The notes below the pieces were generated by a model that was not told the origin of the DNA, searched no databases, and worked only from the letters and a program-made list of their open reading frames with translations. A stretch of 64,000 nucleotides of DNA, from positions 256,001 through 320,000 of the forward strand of contig OZ244905.1 of NCBI GenBank assembly GCA_965221695.1, read 5' to 3'. This document shows, one piece after another, positions 57,561 through 64,000 of the stretch (positions within the stretch are counted from its first letter, which is position 1; each line of letters opens with the position of its first letter). Position numbers and translations under genes: made by a program. The DNA is from Gammaproteobacteria bacterium (GTDB lineage Bacteria; Pseudomonadota; Gammaproteobacteria; Eutrophobiales; Eutrophobiaceae).

Positions 57561-58961
57561 ATGAAGGCGAAAACACTGTATGACAAGTTGTGGGATGAAC
57601 ATGTAGTCATGGACTATGGCAATGACGCCTGTCTGCTTTACATAGATCGCCAGCTTGTGCATGAAGTTACATCGCCCCAGGCATTTGAAGGGCTGAAACT
57701 GGCCGGACGCAAGCCCTGGCGCCGCGCAGCCAGTCTTGCCGTGCCCGATCACAACGTGCCCACGCGCGACAGGGCTTCCATCGCTGATCCTGTGTCAAAG
57801 AAACAATTGGATGCTCTGGACAGAAACGTCAGGGAATGGCGCATTCCCTATTTTGAACTGTCTGATGAACGTCAGGGCATTGTGCATGTTATAGGTCCGG
57901 AACAGGGTCTGTGCCTGCCCGGAATGACGATCGTGTGTGGCGATTCCCATACCACCACAAATGGCGCGCTGGCCGCTCTCGCCATGGGCATAGGCACTTC
58001 TGAAGTCGAGCATGTGCTGGCGACTCAGACCCTACCCGCAAAAAAATCCAGGAACATGCGAATCGATGTGACAAACAGATTGCGATCGGGCCTCACGGCT
58101 AAAGACCTGGCGCTGCATATCATCGGCAGGATTGGGACAGCCGGTGGAGTCGGATTTGTCATCGAATTTACCGGCGCTGGCGTTGCCGCGTTGTCCATGG
58201 AGGGGCGCATGACTTTGTGCAATATGGCCATTGAAGCCGGCGCCCGCACCGGCATGGTTGCGGTGGATGACAAGACCGTTGACTACATCAGGGGACGTCC
58301 ATTTGCGCCCACCGGAGTTATCTGGAACCAGGCCGAGACATACTGGAGAAGCTTGCGCAGCGATCCGGATGCCGAGTTTGATCAGGTTGTCGAGATCGAT
58401 GCCGGCCAGACGCCGCCCTGTGTTACCTGGGGCACTTCCCCGGAAATGGTGGCATCCGTGCGCGATAATGTGCCTGACCCTGCCGAAGAACCGGATCCGG
58501 TAAAGCGGGAGGGCATGGCGAACGCGCTATCCTATATGGGGCTGACGCCGGGCACACCTATCAGTTCCATAAGACCGGATAAAATTTTTATCGGTTCTTG
58601 CACCAATTCTCGGATTGAGGACTTGCGTGATGCCGCTCGGGTGATTGCCGGTAAAAAAATTGCAGAGAACATCAAGTTGGCCCTGGTTGTGCCGGGATCG
58701 GGACTCGTCAAACGTCAGGCGGAAGCGGAAGGATTGGATCGGGTATTCACCGACGCCGGTTTTGAGTGGCGAGAACCTGGTTGCTCCATGTGTCTGGGCA
58801 TGAATGAAGACAGATTGAATCCAGGCGAACGTTGCGCTTCCACTTCAAACCGTAATTTTGAGGGGCGCCAGGGCGCCGGTAGCCGCACCCATCTGGTCAG
58901 TCCGGCCATGGCCGCGGCTGCGGGCATTGTCGGCCATTTTGTCGACCTGAACGATTTGTGA
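57561..58961 (+). CDS. leuC: 3-isopropylmalate dehydratase large subunit
   Basis: [55 protein letters not shown]. Confidence 0.98.
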   Translation: MKAKTLYDKLWDEHVVMDYGNDACLLYIDRQLVHEVTSPQAFEGLKLAGRKPWRRAASLAVPDHNVPTRDRASIADPVSKKQLDALDRNVREWRIPYFELSDERQGIVHVIGPEQGLCLPGMTIVCGDSHTTTNGALAALAMGIGTSEVEHVLATQTLPAKKSRNMRIDVTNRLRSGLTAKDLALHIIGRIGTAGGVGFVIEFTGAGVAALSMEGRMTLCNMAIEAGARTGMVAVDDKTVDYIRGRPFAPTGVIWNQAETYWRSLRSDPDAEFDQVVEIDAGQTPPCVTWGTSPEMVASVRDNVPDPAEEPDPVKREGMANALSYMGLTPGTPISSIRPDKIFIGSCTNSRIEDLRDAARVIAGKKIAENIKLALVVPGSGLVKRQAEAEGLDRVFTDAGFEWREPGCSMCLGMNEDRLNPGERCASTSNRNFEGRQGAGSRTHLVSPAMAAAAGIVGHFVDLNDL

Positions 58962-58987
58962 CAGACCCGTCTGAGGATGCGATAGAG

Positions 58988-59653
58988 ATGCAGGCATTCA
59001 CCGCAATTGACGGACTGGTTGCGCCGTTAGACAGATCCAACGTGGATACAGACGCCATCATTCCCAAGCAGTTCCTGAAATCCATCCGCCGTAGCGGTTT
59101 CGGCCCGAACCTGTTTGATGCCTGGCGCTACCTTGATGTGGGGGAGCCGGAACAGGATTGCAGCCATCGTCCTTTAAGAGATGACTTCGTGTTGAATAAA
59201 TCCCGTTATCAGGGCGCTCAAATTCTGCTGGCGCGGGAAAATTTTGGCTGCGGCTCATCCCGTGAACATGCCGTCTGGGCCTTGTATGAATACGGTTTCC
59301 GTTGTGTGATTGCGCCGAGTTTCGGCGACATATTTTTCAACAATGCCGGCAAGAATGGTTTATTGAATATTATTCTTCCTGTGCAACAGGTTGATGAGCT
59401 GTTTAAGGAAGTTGAAGCAAACGAGGGATATCGTCTGAAAATAGCGTTGCGCCCACAGACGATTACCACTCCGTCCGGCAGTGAGTTGAGTTTCGAGATT
59501 GAGACTGCGCTCAAGGAAAGACTGCTGCAGGGCCTGGATGATATTGGCATTACCCTCGAACACAGCGATTTGATCCAGGCATATGAACAACGCAAAGCAG
59601 TGGAAAGGCCCTGGCTTTTTCCGGACCTATCGAACGAATACCAAGGAGATTGA
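58988..59653 (+). CDS. leuD: 3-isopropylmalate dehydratase small subunit
   Basis: [30 protein letters not shown]; start MQAF at 58988. Confidence 0.97.
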   Translation: MQAFTAIDGLVAPLDRSNVDTDAIIPKQFLKSIRRSGFGPNLFDAWRYLDVGEPEQDCSHRPLRDDFVLNKSRYQGAQILLARENFGCGSSREHAVWALYEYGFRCVIAPSFGDIFFNNAGKNGLLNIILPVQQVDELFKEVEANEGYRLKIALRPQTITTPSGSELSFEIETALKERLLQGLDDIGITLEHSDLIQAYEQRKAVERPWLFPDLSNEYQGD

Positions 59654-59655
59654 TC

Positions 59656-60840
59656 GTGAAAGAAGCAGTGATCGTCGCCGCCGCGCGCACGCCTATAGGC
59701 AAGGCCTGGCGCGGGGCATTCAATAATACCAAGGCGCCGACCCTGGGTGGTCATGTGATTGCCGAAGCGGTGCGTCGGGCAGGATTGGAACCAGAAGAAA
59801 TCGATGATGTCATCGTCGGATGCGCTATGCAAATGGGGACAACCGGTTGGAATGTCGGCAGAACCAGCGCCCTGGCAGCAGGTCTTCCCGCCACCACCGG
59901 CGCCATGTGCCTTGATCGGCAATGCTCATCCGGCATGATCGCCATCGCCAATGCGGCAAAACAGGTGATCATGGATCACGCTCCCGCAGTGGTTGCCGCG
60001 GGTCTTGAGACCATCAGCCTGGTGCAGAACGATGCGTTTACTATGGTCAGCAAGAGCCTGGATGATGCTGTGACCCGTTACAGCGCCCATGCCTATATGC
60101 CCATGTTGCAGACTGCGGAAATCGTCGCTCGGCGTTACCGCGTCAGTCGGGATGCTCAGGATGAGTTCGCGCTGCAGAGCCAACAACGCACTGCGGCTGC
60201 CCAGCAGTCCGGGAAGTTTGACCAGGAACTGGCGCCCCTGAAAACCACCAAGGCAATCTTTAATAAGGAAAGCGGAGAGACGAGCTACCAGGAAGTTGTC
60301 CTGGATCGGGATGAAGGCAATCGTCCGGACACAACCCTGGAAGGTTTGCAAGGTTTGCCCTCAGTCATTGAAGGCGGTTGTATCAGCGCCGGGAATGCCA
60401 GCCAACTGTCGGATGGCGCCTCAGCCTGTGTGCTCATGGACAGTCGCCTGGCCGAGCAAAAAAACCTGAAACCACTGGGCATTTATCGCGGCATTGCCGT
60501 TGCCGGTTTGGAGCCTGATGAAATGGGTATCGGTCCTGTTTATGCCGTGCCAAAGTTACTTAAGCAGAACGGTTTGGCCATGGATGATATCGACTTGTGG
60601 GAATTGAACGAGGCATTTGCGGTGCAAGTGGTGTATTGTCGGGACAAACTAGGCATCCCCAATGAAACGCTGAACGTCAACGGCGGCGCCATTTCCATCG
60701 GACACCCCTACGGCATGTCAGGCAACCGCATGGTGGCCCATGCCCTGATTGAAGGCAAGCGACGCGGGAGTCGCTACGTAGTATGCACAATGTGCGTCGG
60801 CGGCGGCATGGGCGCCGCCGGCCTGTTCGAGGTCGCTTGA
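59656..60840 (+). CDS. Acetyl-CoA C-acyltransferase (thiolase)
   Basis: [39 protein letters not shown]; GTG start after RBS AAGGAG. Confidence 0.95.
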   Translation: MKEAVIVAAARTPIGKAWRGAFNNTKAPTLGGHVIAEAVRRAGLEPEEIDDVIVGCAMQMGTTGWNVGRTSALAAGLPATTGAMCLDRQCSSGMIAIANAAKQVIMDHAPAVVAAGLETISLVQNDAFTMVSKSLDDAVTRYSAHAYMPMLQTAEIVARRYRVSRDAQDEFALQSQQRTAAAQQSGKFDQELAPLKTTKAIFNKESGETSYQEVVLDRDEGNRPDTTLEGLQGLPSVIEGGCISAGNASQLSDGASACVLMDSRLAEQKNLKPLGIYRGIAVAGLEPDEMGIGPVYAVPKLLKQNGLAMDDIDLWELNEAFAVQVVYCRDKLGIPNETLNVNGGAISIGHPYGMSGNRMVAHALIEGKRRGSRYVVCTMCVGGGMGAAGLFEVA

Positions 60841-60881
60841 AGGCGGTCTTATGTCAGTGGCGCGGGGTCGGTGCGTGTGAG

Positions 60882-60926
60882 TTCAGCGACCAGCAATGTC
60901 AGCGCGGTCAATGTCTGCGGATTGAG
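60882..60926 (-). pseudogene. Possible remnant of a RhuM-Fic/DOC-type gene C-terminus
   Basis: Minus frame reads LNPQTLTALTLLVAE, recalling the ...LTALTLLIAES end of those proteins; no start codon; abuts a MITE. Confidence 0.4.
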
Positions 60927-60955
60927 AGGATGTTCAGAAGGGCAGAGAAAATTAA

Positions 60956-60984
60956 CGACCCCCTGACTTAATCTCAGAGGTTCC
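60956..60984. mobile_element. 29-bp minimal MITE derivative
   Basis: CGACCCCCTGA-CTTAATC-TCAGAGGTTCC flanked by TTAA/TTAG. Confidence 0.55.
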
Positions 60985-61019
60985 TTAGCTCAACACATAA
61001 GGCAAACATCATCTCATCT

Positions 61020-61059
61020 TTGACAAATCAACTTGTTGTCATTATGATGCATTGCACAA
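61020..61059 (+). promoter_or_regulatory. phaC sigma70 promoter with overlapping putative PhaR box
   Basis: TTGACA-17-TATGAT (61020-61048); TGCATTGCACAA (61048-61059) is a TGC-N3-GCA-type site over the transcription start. Confidence 0.6.
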
Positions 61060-61090
61060 TCCATTTATCACATCGCGGATCATAACTAAT

Positions 61091-62878
61091 ATGAGCAAAA
61101 CGGAACAAGGCAGTCAGGCTTCATTTAATATGGAGCAACTGACTGGGATCATGTCGGATATCGCCGGACAATATCATACTTTGACACAGGACTTCCTGGC
61201 GCGCCAGGGGCAGTTTGCGAACGACAACATGGATGTGATGGGAATAGGACAGGCCATGCTGGAGCTCAGCGCCTCCATGATGAAACATCCGGAAAAACTG
61301 TTCGAGGCGCAAACGCGCGCCTGGCACACATATTCCGATATCTGGTTGAATACTACCCGCGCTATGTTGGGCGAAGAAAGCGCTCAAGTCAGACAAGCTG
61401 ATAGCGGAGACCGACGCTTCAAACACACCGCGTGGGATGAGAATCCGTTCTACAGTTTCATCAAGCAGTCGTATCTGGCAACTGCTGACGCCGTTCAATC
61501 CGTTCTCGCCAATACTGAAGGAATGGATGAAAACACTGCCAGGAAGGCGCGTTTTTACACCAGGCAGTTTGTGGACGCCATGTCTCCGACAAATTTCTTC
61601 CTCACCAATCCTGAGATAGTGGAAGCTACGCTGGAATCAAAAGGAGAAAACCTGCTCAAGGGGATGCAAAATTTTATCGATGACATTGACTCTGAAACCG
61701 GACAACTGCGTATAACCATGACAGACAAGGACGCGTTTCAGGTGGGCCGGAATATTGCCACGACGCCAGGTAAGGTGGTTTTTCAGAATGATCTGTTTCA
61801 GTTGCTGCAGTTCGAACCATCTACCGTTCAGACCTGTAAGACTCCAATGCTGATAATTCCGCCCTGGATTAACAAATATTACGTGCTGGACCTGCAACCG
61901 GGGAATTCCTTGATCAAGTGGTTGGTGGACCAGGGGCATACGGTATTCGTCATCTCCTGGGTTAACCCTGATGAAAAACTGGCGGACAAGGATTTTGCCG
62001 ATTATGTCACGGAAGGAGCGCTGACAGCTATTGATGCGGTGGAAAAAGTCACGGGAGAACATGGCGTCAACTTGGTCGGTTACTGTATCGGAGGAACCCT
62101 GCTGGCTGCAACGCTGGCCTATATGCAGGACAAAGGGGACAAGCGCGCCTTGTCAGCGACTTTTTTTGTCGCGCTGATTGATTTCTCCATCCCAGGGGAC
62201 CTGGGTGTGTTTATCGATGAGCAGCAACTTGAGAACCTGGAAAAGACCATGAACGAAAGAGGCTACCACGATGGCAAGGAGATGGCCGCCACATTCAACA
62301 TGTTGCGCGCCAATGATCTTATTTGGTCTTTCTATGTGCGCAATTATCTGCTTGGGAAAGATCCGTTTCCGTTTGATCTGCTTTACTGGAATGCCGACTC
62401 CACTCGCCTCCCTGCCAAGATGCACAGCTCATACCTGCGCACGATGTACCTCAATAACGAATTCAAGAAGCCTGGAGGCATGTATGTAGCCGGCGTACCT
62501 ATTGATGTCAGCGCCATTCAGACTCCGGCATACTTCATTTCCACAGAAGAAGATCATATCGCGCCCTGGGAAGGAACTTACCTGGGCGCGCAATTGCTAT
62601 CCGGGCCGATCCGGTTCGTCCTGGGCAAGTCCGGACATATTGCCGGCATCATCAACCCGCCCGCCGCAAACAAGTATGGTTATTATACCGGCCCCGAGGT
62701 TGATGTTCCTTCCGACGAGTGGCGCGCGCAGGCTGAACTGCATTCCGGTTCCTGGTGGACGGACTGGCTGGCATGGCTGGAACAGTATGCCGGCGCTGAA
62801 ATTCCCGCACGCCGGCCCGGTGACAATGACCAACTCATTCTCGAAGACGCGCCGGGAAGCTACGTCAAGGTTTTGTGA
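61091..62878 (+). CDS. phaC: Class I poly(3-hydroxyalkanoate) synthase
   Basis: DRRF, PPWINKYYVLDL, lipase box GYCIGG, FDLLYWNAD, DHIAPW, SGHIAG, DAPGSYV. Confidence 0.96.
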   Translation: MSKTEQGSQASFNMEQLTGIMSDIAGQYHTLTQDFLARQGQFANDNMDVMGIGQAMLELSASMMKHPEKLFEAQTRAWHTYSDIWLNTTRAMLGEESAQVRQADSGDRRFKHTAWDENPFYSFIKQSYLATADAVQSVLANTEGMDENTARKARFYTRQFVDAMSPTNFFLTNPEIVEATLESKGENLLKGMQNFIDDIDSETGQLRITMTDKDAFQVGRNIATTPGKVVFQNDLFQLLQFEPSTVQTCKTPMLIIPPWINKYYVLDLQPGNSLIKWLVDQGHTVFVISWVNPDEKLADKDFADYVTEGALTAIDAVEKVTGEHGVNLVGYCIGGTLLAATLAYMQDKGDKRALSATFFVALIDFSIPGDLGVFIDEQQLENLEKTMNERGYHDGKEMAATFNMLRANDLIWSFYVRNYLLGKDPFPFDLLYWNADSTRLPAKMHSSYLRTMYLNNEFKKPGGMYVAGVPIDVSAIQTPAYFISTEEDHIAPWEGTYLGAQLLSGPIRFVLGKSGHIAGIINPPAANKYGYYTGPEVDVPSDEWRAQAELHSGSWWTDWLAWLEQYAGAEIPARRPGDNDQLILEDAPGSYVKVL

Positions 62879-62919
62879 GTTTGTGCTGTCTAAGCAGCGT
62901 CCTGAGCATGAGTTAGCCT

Positions 62920-63561
62920 ATGAAAGTAACGATCGTGCCTGTCACGCCTTTTCAGCAGAATTCTACTATCCTGCAATGCGAAAGGACTAATCGCGCCGCT
63001 ATCGTTGACCCTGGCGGGGATCTGGACAAGATCATGGCAAAGGTTGAAGACCTTGGCGTCGAACTGGAGAAGATCCTGGTCACCCACGCCCATATCGACC
63101 ATGCCGGAGGGGTGGCGGAGCTGTCCGAGGCCACAGGACTACCCATAGAGGGGCCACAGCAAGGAGATAAATTCTGGATTGACTTGCTGGAAGAGCAGGG
63201 AGCCATGTTCGGTTTTCCCGGAGCATCGCCGTTTACGCCGGATCGCTGGCTTAAAGATGGGGATGAGATCAAACTGGGAGACCTCCGCATAGAGACCCGG
63301 CATTGTCCCGGGCATACTCCCGGACACATTATCTTCTATCACGATGCAACTAAAATCGCGATCGTTGGCGATGTGCTATTTAAAGGTTCCATAGGTCGCA
63401 CGGACTTTCCCCGCGGCGATTATGCAACCCTGATTCATTCCATAAAGAATCGTCTCTGGCCGCTTGGAGACGATGTGCAATTTGTACCCGGTCACGGACC
63501 CGTTTCAACATTCGGACAGGAACGTCTGACAAATCCGTTTGTGGGTGATAATGTCGGATAG
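62920..63561 (+). CDS. MBL-fold hydrolase (YcbL/glyoxalase II-like)
   Basis: PVTPFQQN, THAHIDH, PGHTPGH, GSIGRTDFP, PGHG. Confidence 0.93.
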   Translation: MKVTIVPVTPFQQNSTILQCERTNRAAIVDPGGDLDKIMAKVEDLGVELEKILVTHAHIDHAGGVAELSEATGLPIEGPQQGDKFWIDLLEEQGAMFGFPGASPFTPDRWLKDGDEIKLGDLRIETRHCPGHTPGHIIFYHDATKIAIVGDVLFKGSIGRTDFPRGDYATLIHSIKNRLWPLGDDVQFVPGHGPVSTFGQERLTNPFVGDNVG

Positions 63562-63630
63562 CAGGATAGGGTAATATGAGGTAATCTGATTATTCGGATA
63601 TACTATTTTCGACCTTCAAGAGGAATAAAA

Positions 63631-64000
63631 ATGAAACTATATATCTTTCCCCCTTCGCCCAATTCATTGCGCTGCCAGGCCGTAGCCAATCAGATAGGCG
63701 TTGACCTGGAACTGGTTACCGTAGACCTGCATACCGGCGCGCAAATGCATGCCGAGTTTGCCGCGTTGAACCCGAATAACAAGATTCCTACATTGGTGGA
63801 CGGCGATTATGTCTTGTGGGAGTCCAGCGCCATTATGTTATATCTTGCTAAAACCGGCCCGGAGAACGACTTGATTCCTGAAAATGCTCAGGATAGGGCG
63901 CGCACGATGCAATGGTTGTTCTGGAATGAGTCTCATTGGGGGCCGACCTGTGGCATCTTCACTTTTGAGAATCTGGTCAAAAAGATCATGAATATCGGAG
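63631..64000 (+). CDS. Glutathione S-transferase (truncated by the window end)
   Basis: Manual translation MKLYIFPPSPNS...LNPNNKIPTLVDGDYVLWESSAIMLYLA; RBS AGAGGAA. Confidence 0.9.
   Translation, partial: MKLYIFPPSPNSLRCQAVANQIGVDLELVTVDLHTGAQMHAEFAALNPNNKIPTLVDGDYVLWESSAIMLYLAKTGPENDLIPENAQDRARTMQWLFWNESHWGPTCGIFTFENLVKKIMNIG

Overview
Chromosomal window of a gammaproteobacterium, judged from gene order and protein similarity. A conserved backbone (hflX-hflK-hflC-DUF2065-hisZ-purA-tRNA-Leu-rnr-rlmB; ssb/uvrA; rpsF-rpsR-DUF2232-rplI-dnaB-radA; leuC-leuD; phaC) is interleaved with accessory genes. The first ~23 kb are accessory: an ECF sigma/FecR/TonB-dependent transducer cassette upstream of an arylsulfotransferase, a sulfatase and a Tat-signal FAH-family protein; a FitAB/VapBC toxin-antitoxin pair; an MBL-SnoaL fusion; an AAA_14/DUF4143 ATPase; a lone PrnB-like gene; two transporters; and a xanthine-dehydrogenase-family molybdoenzyme. 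Later inserts include a CarAa/OxoO-like Rieske oxygenase and a STAS/RsbW/PP2C partner-switching module. Intergenic regions hold an IS5-like MITE family with 4-bp YTAR target duplications and several REP-like families. The most striking signal lies between tRNA-Leu(CAG) and rnr: a complete tRNA-Leu-type cloverleaf on the minus strand with a Gly anticodon (GCC), a 29-nt variable region and a displaced CCA. It is bracketed on the PLUS strand by a near-consensus sigma70 promoter and an intrinsic terminator, so the best-supported transcript is its antisense. All calls come from motif recognition by eye; no database search or folding program was run, and start codons were adjusted manually where the ORF track overextends.
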